Shown here piece by piece: positions 53,825 through 62,702 of a stretch of 64,000 bases of DNA. Location of the stretch: positions 5,782,169 through 5,846,168 of the forward strand of contig OZ241897.1 in NCBI GenBank assembly GCA_965203535.1, given 5' to 3'. The notes under the pieces were generated by a model. That model was not told the origin of the DNA and did no database searches. It saw only the letters and a program-made list of their open reading frames with translations. The DNA comes from Acidobacteriota bacterium. GTDB taxonomy: Bacteria > Acidobacteriota > UBA6911 > RPQK01 > JAJDTT01. Each line of letters begins with the position of its first letter. Positions within the stretch are counted from its first letter, which is position 1. The position numbers were made by a program, and so were the translations under genes.

Positions 53825-55756
53825 TCAATAGAAGTAGAAGAGAAAAAAGACGGCGGCCGCACAGAGGCATCCCGCCCAGAATCGATCTTCGCGCACGATC
53901 CAGGACACGAGACTCACGGACCCTCGACTCCCGGCCCGGCGCCTCAGCAGCATCCAGAACATCCCCAGGGTCAGGAGCGAACCGAGAAGGGCCGCCGCTG
54001 CCGGGGTCAATCCGCCGCCGGCCACAGCCGCCGCCAGCGCCGCCATGATCCCCAGCCAGACCATCAGGCCTCCCAGCAGATTCCTGACGGCCCCGGGCGA
54101 AATGGCGAGCACTCCGGCCCAGGTCAGCTTCGCTTTGTCCTCGGGGCAACTGCCCCAACGGCTCACCAGGACCGCCGTCAAGGTGCACAGCGCCACGACC
54201 ACGACGACCCGGTGGAAGAAGTTGAGCCCCTCGCCTGTCACCGCCGCCACCGCGGGCAACGGCGCCAGGTACGCGACGTAGATCCACTCCACGGCCCAGG
54301 AATAGAAGACGCCAAGGATGATGGTGACGAAGGCCGCGGTGGGAGTCGTCCGCCGCCAGAACAACCCCAGCAGGAAGACCACCAGGAGCCCGGGAGTCAG
54401 ATAGCCCTGGTAATCGACGATCTGCAGGAAGAAATTCTTCTCCGAGTTGGGATCGATGACGAAAAGCGCGAACAGGCTGGCGAGCGAGACAAACCCCAGG
54501 ATGGACCATCGCCCCACCCGGATCATCTGGGCGTCGGTGGCCTGCGGATTCAGGTACCGCCGGTAGAGGTCCATGCTGACGATGGTGGCGGCCGAGTTCA
54601 TCATGGAATCGATGGAGGACAGGATGGCTCCTACGGCGCCAGCCGCGATCACGCCGATGAGCCCGAATCCCAGCGGCTGGATCACCAGAACGATCAGCTC
54701 GGTGAAGGCGGTGTCGGGGGCCACGGAGCGGTTCGGGAGCTCGGACTGGAAGAGATAGAAGGCGGCCACGCCGCTGGCGATGGAGAAGAACGGGATCAGC
54801 AATTTGAGGAATCCCGCCGCTACGATGCCCAGCCGCGCCTGCGAGTCGCTCCGGGCGCTCAGCGCACGCTGGACGATGAACTGGTTCGTTCCCCAATAGA
54901 AGATGTGCAGAGCCATCAGACCGGTCAGGACCCCGGTCCAGGGAAGATCCGGATGGTCGCTGGGCAGGTAGAGGTGCATCTTCCCGGCCCCCGCCCGATC
55001 CAGATCCATCAGGGCGCTCCAACCTCCCAGCCGGTCAAAGGTGAGGATCGCCAGGAGAATGCCGCCCAGCAGCAGCAGGACCGACTGGATCACGTCCGTC
55101 CAGATCACCGCCTTGAGTCCCCCGAAGATGGTGTAGCTGGTGGCGATGGCGGCCAGGATCAGAACGAATACGCTGTAGTGAAAGCGATTCACGCCCAGCT
55201 TCGACTTGGCCGGCGCGCCGGACGAACCGGCTGACCCCGGCTCCGCTTCCCCCAGCTCGCCAGGAATCGATTCCGAACCGATCTCCTCGAGCGCGGCGCC
55301 GCCCATGAGCACGCAACTCGAACGGGCGCCGATGTAGAGCGCGGGCACCAACTGGACCACCGCCATGGTGATGACCAGAATGATGGCGTAGGCGGCGCGG
55401 CTGCGCTGATCGTAGCGGCGCTCCAGGTATTCGGAGAGGGTGTAGATCCTCAACTTTCGATAGACCGGGAGGAACCCGTAGCAGAGGAGCATGAGACCGG
55501 CGATGGCTCCCAGCTCAAAGTGGCTCTGGGCGAAACCGACGCTGAAGCCGATGCCCATCATCCCGATCATGTGATTGGCGCTGACGTTGCTGCCGTAGAT
55601 GGACCCGGCCACGCCCCACCAGGGGACGTTGCGCCCCGCCAGAAAATAGGCCTCCGCCGTCTTGTCGCGCCGGGAAGCCAGCAGGCCGATGGCCATCACC
55701 AGAGCCAGGGCGGCGAAGAAGACGCCCGCGTCGAGTGGTGTGAAGACGGTGCCCAC
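53825..55756 (-). CDS. Sodium:solute symporter (SSS family, SGLT-like)
   Basis: 643 aa. YFLAGRNVPWWGVAGSIYGSNVSANHMIGMMGIGF and later helices are typical of SSS. About 14 TM segments. Confidence 0.8.
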   Translation of the reverse strand: MGTVFTPLDAGVFFAALALVMAIGLLASRRDKTAEAYFLAGRNVPWWGVAGSIYGSNVSANHMIGMMGIGFSVGFAQSHFELGAIAGLMLLCYGFLPVYRKLRIYTLSEYLERRYDQRSRAAYAIILVITMAVVQLVPALYIGARSSCVLMGGAALEEIGSESIPGELGEAEPGSAGSSGAPAKSKLGVNRFHYSVFVLILAAIATSYTIFGGLKAVIWTDVIQSVLLLLGGILLAILTFDRLGGWSALMDLDRAGAGKMHLYLPSDHPDLPWTGVLTGLMALHIFYWGTNQFIVQRALSARSDSQARLGIVAAGFLKLLIPFFSIASGVAAFYLFQSELPNRSVAPDTAFTELIVLVIQPLGFGLIGVIAAGAVGAILSSIDSMMNSAATIVSMDLYRRYLNPQATDAQMIRVGRWSILGFVSLASLFALFVIDPNSEKNFFLQIVDYQGYLTPGLLVVFLLGLFWRRTTPTAAFVTIILGVFYSWAVEWIYVAYLAPLPAVAAVTGEGLNFFHRVVVVVALCTLTAVLVSRWGSCPEDKAKLTWAGVLAISPGAVRNLLGGLMVWLGIMAALAAAVAGGGLTPAAAALLGSLLTLGMFWMLLRRRAGSRGSVSLVSWIVREDRFWAGCLCAAAVFFLFYFY

Positions 55757-55771
55757 GGTTTTCCGGACTCC

Positions 55772-56791
55772 TCAGCCGGATGGACGGACCAGGACGCTTC
55801 GAGCCTGTTCGGCTCCCGCCACCAGGGTCCTCAGCTTCTTGCGGGTGATCTCCAGCGGGACGTGCTGAAAGCCGCATTCGGAGGCCAACAACAGGCGCTC
55901 GGGGGGGAAATGCTCCAGGGCCGGCCGGGTCCGTTCGACGATCAGTTCCGGCGGCTCGATCTCGTCGCTGCGTTGATCCAGCACTCCCACGGCGAACTCG
56001 CCCCGATAGTCCAGTTCCTCCCAGAGCGGCATCATGTCGTATTCCAGGGTGCAGTGCTCCAGGGAGATCTGGTCGACCGGAGCGGCGCGAAAGGCCTCGG
56101 CCATGTCGGTGTAGCGGGCGAAGTAGACCCGTTTCCGGTACGCGTTTCCTCCGCAGACATGCAGGCCGAATCGTATCCCGAGCCCCTCCGTGGCGATCTT
56201 CAGGGTTTCCGCCGCCCAGACCGCATCTTCAGGAAATGCGGTCCAGGCCGGTTCGTCGAACTGGATGAACTCGCAACCGGCGCGCACCGCCTCCCGAAAC
56301 TCCCGGTTCAGGACCCGGGCGTAGCCGGCCGCCAGCGCCGCGTCGTCGGGGTAAAGGTCGGGCCGGCGGTTGTCCGAGAACTTGGCCAGCATATGCGGGC
56401 CGATGCAGGTGAGCTTCACCTCGACGTCTGCCGGCGCGGCGTCGCGGGCCACCCTCCAGTCGTGGGCCAGTCCGACGCCGGGATTGGAGAGGGGACCGAC
56501 CACCTGCGCCAACTCGATTCCGAACCCGGCGGTCCCGAACTTCCGGTAGGTCATCTCCTCGAAACTGACGCCGTCGACCCGCTTCTGGACGAAGTAGTAC
56601 ATGTTCTCGCGCCGGCCCTCGCCGTCGGTCACGGTGTCCAACCCCGCGTCCACCTGGTCCCGAACCGCCCAGCGGATGATCTCGTCGGCCTCTTCCCGGC
56701 TGAGTTCCGGTTTGCGCAGAGTATCCGTCGGCTGTACCGGCCGCGGATAGCTCCCGGTCACCGTGGTTCGAAATGGTTTTGCCATGCGCAT
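55772..56791 (-). CDS. Cobalamin-independent methionine synthase (MetE C-terminal domain)-like / UroD-superfamily methyltransferase
   Basis: 339 aa. Zn-site-like motifs GLHVCGGN (His/Cys) and LLASECGFQHVP (Glu/Cys). ...TTVTGSYPRP... N-terminus as in short MetE-like proteins. Confidence 0.65.
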   Translation of the reverse strand: MRMAKPFRTTVTGSYPRPVQPTDTLRKPELSREEADEIIRWAVRDQVDAGLDTVTDGEGRRENMYYFVQKRVDGVSFEEMTYRKFGTAGFGIELAQVVGPLSNPGVGLAHDWRVARDAAPADVEVKLTCIGPHMLAKFSDNRRPDLYPDDAALAAGYARVLNREFREAVRAGCEFIQFDEPAWTAFPEDAVWAAETLKIATEGLGIRFGLHVCGGNAYRKRVYFARYTDMAEAFRAAPVDQISLEHCTLEYDMMPLWEELDYRGEFAVGVLDQRSDEIEPPELIVERTRPALEHFPPERLLLASECGFQHVPLEITRKKLRTLVAGAEQARSVLVRPSG

Positions 56792-56818
56792 CCTCTACCG
56801 GACAACGTAACTTCGACT

Positions 56819-56998
56819 CTATGAAGCACTGCCGCTAACGGTGATCATTTTCAGGAAGCCGTAAAGGGCGTAAGGGAGGCAGGTCTTGCCAGTGTTGTTT
56901 CGTCCGGCGATGATCGTGAGGTCGCCCAATTCCAGTGCGGCGTCCTTCACCGGTCCGATCTTCCTGAAGCGGAACGTCACCGGATCACCCGAGAGCAC
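56819..56998 (-). pseudogene. Remnant: N-terminal 59 codons of an AAA-type ATPase (OLD/RecF-like) gene, truncated
   Basis: GTG start. MLSGDPVTFRFRKIGPVKDAALELGDLTIIAGRNNTGKTCLPYALYGFLKM then a stop. The DLTIIAGRNNTGKT P-loop context is typical of AAA_15/AAA_21 abortive-infection or OLD ATPases. Not in the ORF track because it is under 60 aa. Confidence 0.3.
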
Positions 56999-56999
56999 C

Positions 57000-57383
57000 T
57001 TATCCCGCTGATCCGACTACGGAAGCCAAATGTTTGAAATCTGAATCGGCAGTTTCGAGATCAACACGGTAACGGCGGACACAGGCAGCCACGATCACAT
57101 CCGTAGCAGGCACCGTAATGCCTTGAGCTCTGGCTCGACGCGCCAAATCATGTGCAATCCGCCAGACCTCGTCGTCAATGCGCAGTTCTGGTAGCACGCG
57201 GGCGAATACCCGCAGAGCCTTCTGTTCCTGCTGGCCCCTCGCGCCGTTCCAGAGTTCCAACTGGACCAAGGGACACCAGCAGGCCTGACCCGTCCTCAAA
57301 GCCTTTTCGACACGGACGCGAACTGCCGGATCGCCGTTCCGGCGCAGCATGTGAATCCAAGACGACGTATCGACAAGGATCAA
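57000..57383 (-). CDS. vapC: VapC-type PIN-domain ribonuclease toxin
   Basis: MILVDTSSWIHML is the PIN N-terminus (first acidic residue D5). Later acidic residues ...EL...D...D fit the PIN fold. 127 aa. Confidence 0.8.
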   Translation of the reverse strand: MILVDTSSWIHMLRRNGDPAVRVRVEKALRTGQACWCPLVQLELWNGARGQQEQKALRVFARVLPELRIDDEVWRIAHDLARRARAQGITVPATDVIVAACVRRYRVDLETADSDFKHLASVVGSAG

Positions 57384-57387
57384 CGGG

Positions 57388-57591
57388 TTACCCCTTGCGG
57401 CGATTGGCCTGAAGTTCTTCCGGCGTGATCAGTTCAGTGCAGGTTCCCGAAAACCGAGTGAGTTCTGCCATGCGCATGCGGCGATTGAAATCTGCGACGG
57501 CGCCGACGATGGCTTCCCGCTTGGTCTTCGCGTTGGTGAACTTGATAGCATCCTCGAGTTCGTGTTCAGGAATATCAATTGTGGTCTTCAT
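57388..57591 (-). CDS. vapB: VapB-type antitoxin (small DNA-binding protein)
   Basis: 67 aa, 4 bp upstream of vapC. MKTTIDIPEHELEDAIKFT...REAIVGAVADF is typical of type II antitoxins. Confidence 0.7.
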   Translation of the reverse strand: MKTTIDIPEHELEDAIKFTNAKTKREAIVGAVADFNRRMRMAELTRFSGTCTELITPEELQANRRKG

Positions 57592-57818
57592 GCTTCCAAG
57601 ATAGCACTGAGGAGAATCTCATCCCACCCAAAATATTCTCACGGTTTTCGATTGGCGTTCGGTCGACGCGATTGTTCCACCGAAGCTCACGTCGCCCCAA
57701 ATCGCAGACTCTGTCCAAATCAAGCATCTCGTGGTGGAGAATCACGACCAACTTTTCGACATGCTGCAGTCAGTTTTCATTGGGACGATCACGGGAGATC
57801 CGTGCGCGGACAACCCTC

Positions 57819-59048
57819 TCAAAACAGGTCGCTCAAATTGACCCTGTCTATTTTCGGTCGCGGCTTGGGAAGCGCGCCCGCGAACCTCTCGATGGTGAGC
57901 TGCCTTCGTCGCTCCAACCCCCGAAAACGATCGAGAAACAGGGTGCTATCGCCATCGGTCGTGCTGAAATAGATCCATTTGGTCGCGCGGGTAATCCCAA
58001 CGAACAACCATCTTTCCAGTCGTTCATCCATTATCCGAAAGAGACGCCGATTCAGACACGGCATCAAAACAGTGTCGAAGGTCAAGCCCTTGGCGCTCGG
58101 ATACGCCATGAGCTTGGGCCGCGAGGTGCCGAAATCAATGGTTGGCCTCGTGTTTTTCCTTTTTCTCCCAGGTTGTCGAGGAACCTCAACTTCCAGGCCA
58201 GCCTCTCCCAAACCCTTGGCATAGCCGAAGACATGTCTTCGAGTCGGGAACAGGATCGCTATGCGGTCGTTTCTGTCGACGCGGGTGCGGACCACTTCGA
58301 TCAGACGTTCCCGCTCGTCTTTGAATGCCCGGGCGAGGTAGAGAAGCGGGGTTTGGCGTTCGCCTTTGTCGACGGGCGGATTCTGTTCAATGAACGCTTC
58401 GCGTTCCGACGGGTCACGGATAAACGCCGCGGCGACCCGTACGATGTAGGGCGAACAACGATAGGCATCGAGAAGCGTGAGGTTACGCTTGCGCAATCCC
58501 AACGCCGTAAGAACGCCCTTCTCATCGGCGCCTTCATAGAGTTGCTGCTTGTGGTCCATGTAGACCGTGACATGCCCGGCTATACCCTTGAGGGTTTCGT
58601 ACGCGCGAGCGTCCAGATCCTGTCCTTCATCGACCAGCACAAAGTCGTAGAGAGGTATGAGTCTCTTCTGCGAGCGAACTCTTTTCCACACTGCACGGCG
58701 AATCGCCTTGAAGTCCGGACTCTTCCCGTCCCATGGCACGCGTCCACCGATGTGCGTCCTATAGAACCTCCGACACCAATCATCGAAGGTCGTCACGCAC
58801 TCCTCGGGAAGACGGAGATCTTGAAGCGCCGTGCGGATGTAGGCCTTCAGCACGTTGGTGAACACAAGGATCCGGTATCTGCTATCCGGAATTCTGTGCT
58901 CATCCACAAGGTGCCGCGCGCGGTGCAACAAAACGAGCGTCTTTCCGGATCCTGGAGAACCGATAACCAGGCGATGTCGCCTGGAACTCAACTGGACCGC
59001 GCGACTTTGCGCGACAGTCAGCTCATTTCGAGGAACGAGCCAACTCAT
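57819..59048 (-). CDS. UvrD/PcrA-like superfamily-1 helicase, short form (409 aa)
   Basis: Walker A LVIGSPGSGKTLVLLHRA. Walker B FVLVDEGQDL. C-terminal UvrD_C-like ...GLTFDTVLMP...FVGITRATKWIYF. The start overlaps the stop of the Hsp70-like gene by 4 bp. Confidence 0.7.
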   Translation of the reverse strand: MSWLVPRNELTVAQSRAVQLSSRRHRLVIGSPGSGKTLVLLHRARHLVDEHRIPDSRYRILVFTNVLKAYIRTALQDLRLPEECVTTFDDWCRRFYRTHIGGRVPWDGKSPDFKAIRRAVWKRVRSQKRLIPLYDFVLVDEGQDLDARAYETLKGIAGHVTVYMDHKQQLYEGADEKGVLTALGLRKRNLTLLDAYRCSPYIVRVAAAFIRDPSEREAFIEQNPPVDKGERQTPLLYLARAFKDERERLIEVVRTRVDRNDRIAILFPTRRHVFGYAKGLGEAGLEVEVPRQPGRKRKNTRPTIDFGTSRPKLMAYPSAKGLTFDTVLMPCLNRRLFRIMDERLERWLFVGITRATKWIYFSTTDGDSTLFLDRFRGLERRRQLTIERFAGALPKPRPKIDRVNLSDLF

Positions 59049-61480
59049 TGCCCCCGCCTTTCGATCTCATTTCGACGTTCGGGCAGAACTCCAGTCGTCC
59101 CCTCCCGTGATTTTTCCCGGCGCTGCCGTTCGTCCTCGACCTTGCGCGACAGCTTGCTGTTGCCGGCAAGATTCGCGCCTTTCAGATACCATACAAGTTC
59201 CCAATCGCTTAGATTCTTCAGTGGACGGAACTCGGCAAAGGCTTGGTCCAAGAGGGCGTTTCTCTGCTTCTCGTGTCGTTCAAGTTTTTCGGCCAGCGTC
59301 GCCTTGAGCACAAGAGTGGGAGGATCAGACTCCACTGCGAGTGCCTCGTCAATGGTTAGAATCGCCTCCTCAAGTTTGCCCTGACGCATCTGTGAAAGCG
59401 CCAAGTTAAACAGGGGACCTTTCCAATGCGGGGAGACTCGGGCGGCCTCGCGATAGAGCTTCTCTTGACGTGCGAAATCCGCCATCTCGCCGCAGATGAT
59501 GCCCATCCGATTCAGTATCTCGGCATTCGGATGCGGGCGATTCAAGGCGCTCAAGAGATGCAGAGCCTTCTCACGCCTGCCCAAATCCGCTTCAAGTTCG
59601 GCAATCTTTTTCACCGTCGCGCGTTGGTCCGTCGTCGACATGTGCTCCGTGCGCATCCGTTCTTCCAGTTCCAGAATCTCATTCCGCTTTGCGTTCGGAT
59701 TCACCACGTTGGTCAACGGGTTTTCGACCTCTGCCTGAAATTCCTCTCGATCTGGTTGGTGTGCCAAGCCGAGGCGAAGATGCAGCACTTGGTTGCTGTC
59801 CATCCGGCAAAGCAACCGTAGCGGATCCCCCCGGCTGACAATCGGTTGAATCGTCCAGAGTGTGCGCATGACATCGTTGCCCCGCGAGTCTCGGAGTTCG
59901 ACGCGGAGTTCAACGTCGTCGGTCAGGCCGGATCTGGGAACCTTCAAGCTATTGTTCTCCACCCAACCTTCGTCGGTCGGATAGGGCAATTTTGCGCCGC
60001 TTTCAACCAACCGCACCGGCCCATCCGAAGTCTGGATGCTGATGCCATCGCTCGTGACGGGTTGCACGATGCCTCGCCCGTACACAGCCAGAGACAACGC
60101 CTGCCAAGCTGCGCCTTGAGCGATAGCAGTCTGCGTGCGCTCCGGATCGTCGAAGCGCAAGAACCGCGCCTCACTAAAGAAGCCGGCGACGGCATCCGCG
60201 ATCTGCGGAACCAGACTGCTTCCACCGACCGCCAGGCAAAGATCGACGTCCTTGCGGTCCAGTCCGGCCCGGTCCAAAGCGTCTTGTAGCGGCGCAAAAA
60301 CAGAGCAGGTTTCGTGGTAATCCGCCTCCCGGGCGTAGAGCAGGTCTCGATCCAGAAAGGGTTTCAACACCGCGTCGAACTGGCAGGCGCTCAGCGTGGG
60401 GGATTGCAGCCGAAACTCCGTTCCATCTGACAAGAGGCAGGGATAGACTCCAGGATTCCTCTTGACCAGGGCGGCGCGTTCTTCGTCACCGTAGCGATCG
60501 AACTTCTTCAGCCGAGCGATCTCTTGGCATAGTCCGATCTTCAAAGATTCGGCCACGCCAAGGAGCGCTGGAATCACAAACTGGGACTTCTCGCCGTAGT
60601 CCAAATCGCGGAAGTTCGGCCTGTTCTGTTCCATCAATTGCGGGAGCAAGACCTCGACAACGATGGCTCGGTCGATGTCGCTGCCGCCAAGGCGATGATA
60701 GCGAGACACCGTGAGCGGTGCGATTTTGACCGGTTGCCCTGCTTTAGGCGGCAGAAGCTGGAACAGGGCAACGTCGCAGGTGCCGCCGCCAAAGTCGAAC
60801 ACCACGAGCCGCTGCGGTGCCGAAACCTCCGCAAATACTTGTTTGCCTTGAGCGATCTGAAAATCGAGAAACGCCGCGATCGGTTCGTCCAGCAGACCTC
60901 CCTCTACCAAATCGATGCCGCCGAGCGCCGCGGCCTCGACCGTATCCTGCCTCTGCGCGGCTTGGAAGGAGGCCGGCGTTGTGACCACGGTGTTCGTTAC
61001 CGGCGTCGGGTCGTCGGTTAGTGCCGCATCCATGAGAAATCGGAGTACGTGTCCTCCAATGGCCTTGGCAGATTGAAAACCGTCCTTGGCCTTGTGGTAA
61101 GTTCGGCGGACACCGATGTCATTCTTGCAGTCCCAGAAGATGTTTCTGTTCTGTTCCAGACCGTATTCGCTCAGTCGGGCGCGCAGCATCTTCGCTCCCT
61201 CACCCACAAGCAGTTGTCCATACGGACCATCGGCGAACGCAACCACTGACGGTACCAGGGTGTGAATATATTCACCTTGCCGAGTGTGTTGCTCGACTTC
61301 GAGGCAACGAACTTCAGGCAGGTTCGTGTCTCCGGGATGGATAACGATCTCGGCAATAGCAGAATTCGTAGTGCCCAAATCTATGCCGACGACGCGCAAT
61401 GGCTCGTTCGGCGTGCGGACCTGGACATTCTGCGGCGTGATCAGTGCGAGTGATGGCATATCACTTGTCCTGTCATTCAT
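59045..61480 (-). CDS. Hsp70-family (DnaK-like) ATPase with C-terminal TPR-like helical domain
   Basis: Start MNDRTSDMPSLALITPQ. The ORF-track N-terminal extension to 62257 overlaps the dehydratase gene and is spurious. VVGIDLGTTNSAIA (phosphate-1), VVFDFGGGTCDVAL (connect-1) and Hsp70 NBD/SBD-like regions. The C-terminal ~250 aa are helical repeats (TPR-like). Confidence 0.75.
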   Translation of the reverse strand: MNDRTSDMPSLALITPQNVQVRTPNEPLRVVGIDLGTTNSAIAEIVIHPGDTNLPEVRCLEVEQHTRQGEYIHTLVPSVVAFADGPYGQLLVGEGAKMLRARLSEYGLEQNRNIFWDCKNDIGVRRTYHKAKDGFQSAKAIGGHVLRFLMDAALTDDPTPVTNTVVTTPASFQAAQRQDTVEAAALGGIDLVEGGLLDEPIAAFLDFQIAQGKQVFAEVSAPQRLVVFDFGGGTCDVALFQLLPPKAGQPVKIAPLTVSRYHRLGGSDIDRAIVVEVLLPQLMEQNRPNFRDLDYGEKSQFVIPALLGVAESLKIGLCQEIARLKKFDRYGDEERAALVKRNPGVYPCLLSDGTEFRLQSPTLSACQFDAVLKPFLDRDLLYAREADYHETCSVFAPLQDALDRAGLDRKDVDLCLAVGGSSLVPQIADAVAGFFSEARFLRFDDPERTQTAIAQGAAWQALSLAVYGRGIVQPVTSDGISIQTSDGPVRLVESGAKLPYPTDEGWVENNSLKVPRSGLTDDVELRVELRDSRGNDVMRTLWTIQPIVSRGDPLRLLCRMDSNQVLHLRLGLAHQPDREEFQAEVENPLTNVVNPNAKRNEILELEERMRTEHMSTTDQRATVKKIAELEADLGRREKALHLLSALNRPHPNAEILNRMGIICGEMADFARQEKLYREAARVSPHWKGPLFNLALSQMRQGKLEEAILTIDEALAVESDPPTLVLKATLAEKLERHEKQRNALLDQAFAEFRPLKNLSDWELVWYLKGANLAGNSKLSRKVEDERQRREKSREGTTGVLPERRNEIERRGQ

Positions 61481-61488
61481 CCCGCAGA

Positions 61489-62670
61489 TTATTCCCTCAA
61501 CACATCGGACCGCCCCTCCCAGCCTTCGGCCAGGAGATCGATCACGCGGTCTCCCTTGAGGGGATGTTCGCGGGCTACCGAGACGTCGAGTTCCACCCCG
61601 AGGCCCGGTTTCTCCGGCAATTCGATGTAGCCGTTCCGGATGGGGGCCGAGCCGGTGACCAGATCCCGGGTCCAGGAGGGATAGGCGAACTCGGCGAACG
61701 CCTCCTGGATCAGGAACGCCGGCGCCGTGAAGCTGACCTGGATCGAGGCCGCCATGCAGATGGGGCCCAGGGACATGTGGGGAGCGAAGAAGACGCCCAG
61801 GGCGTCGGCCAGGGACGCCATCTTCTTTACCTCCAGCATCCCGGAGGAATAGCCCACGTCCGGCTGGAAGACGCCCGCCGCCCGGTCGGGCAGGTACTGG
61901 CTGGCCTGCACCAGGTCGCTGATGCCGGCCACGTCGGTCCCGATGGGAATATTGACCCGGGACGCCACTTCCTTGAGGGGGGCGGGACCCAGGTAGCCGA
62001 GAGTCGGCGCCTCGTACCAGAGCAGGTCGTACGGTTCCATGGCCTTGCCGAACTGAATCGCGGCTTCGGGATGAAACCGGGCGTGCGCCTCCACGATCAG
62101 GCCTGTGTCGGGTCCGGTGGCGTCGCGCACGGCGGCGACGATGTCCACGGCCAGGCGGAACTCCGACGGTTCGAGGCGGCGGTAGGCGGCCCCGAAGGGG
62201 TCGAACTTGAGAGCCGTGTAACCCTGGTCCACCAGCTTTCCGGCCTTCGCCGCCCATTGGCTGGGTTCACGGGCGTCGAAGTCGTTGTACCAACCGTTGG
62301 CGTAGACGCGGATCCGGTCGCGGACCTTGCCGCCCAGCAACTTGTAGACCGGGACTCCGTAGTGCTTCCCCAGAATGTCCCAGCAGGCCTGCTCCACGGC
62401 GGAGAGAACACTCCTCTCCACCATGCCCAGACCTCGATCGATCCCCAGCATCTGGCGGGTGTCCAGGACCATCTGTTCGATGTCGTGGGGGTCCCGCCCC
62501 AGGAAGAGATGCTCGCCGTTCTGGCGCAGATAGGCTTGGGCCGCCAGGGACCAGTGGTACCCGATCCCTTCGCCGACGCCGACAACACCGGTGTCCGTCT
62601 CCACCTGCACGAAGAACCAGGGGTTCCAAGGATTCTCCACGATGTAGGAATCGACTTTGATGATCTGCAT
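61489..62670 (-). CDS. Enolase-superfamily (mandelate racemase/muconate-lactonizing enzyme family) sugar-acid dehydratase
   Basis: 393 aa. N-terminal capping domain (MQIIKVDSYIVENPW..WFFVQVETDTGVVGVGE). Barrel metal ligands (…DPFG…, …EAP…, …DVAGISD…). Confidence 0.75.
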   Translation of the reverse strand: MQIIKVDSYIVENPWNPWFFVQVETDTGVVGVGEGIGYHWSLAAQAYLRQNGEHLFLGRDPHDIEQMVLDTRQMLGIDRGLGMVERSVLSAVEQACWDILGKHYGVPVYKLLGGKVRDRIRVYANGWYNDFDAREPSQWAAKAGKLVDQGYTALKFDPFGAAYRRLEPSEFRLAVDIVAAVRDATGPDTGLIVEAHARFHPEAAIQFGKAMEPYDLLWYEAPTLGYLGPAPLKEVASRVNIPIGTDVAGISDLVQASQYLPDRAAGVFQPDVGYSSGMLEVKKMASLADALGVFFAPHMSLGPICMAASIQVSFTAPAFLIQEAFAEFAYPSWTRDLVTGSAPIRNGYIELPEKPGLGVELDVSVAREHPLKGDRVIDLLAEGWEGRSDVLRE

Positions 62671-62702
62671 TTTCCGGTTTGCACCTCCTCAACGAACCGT
62701 AG

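Noticed and set aside
61481-62257. N-terminal 259-aa extension of the Hsp70-like ORF call (59045..62257)
   Set aside because: It overlaps the well-supported enolase-superfamily gene 61489..62670 on the same strand in another frame and is RG-rich low complexity. The true Hsp70 start is the internal ATG at 61480 (MNDRTSDM...).
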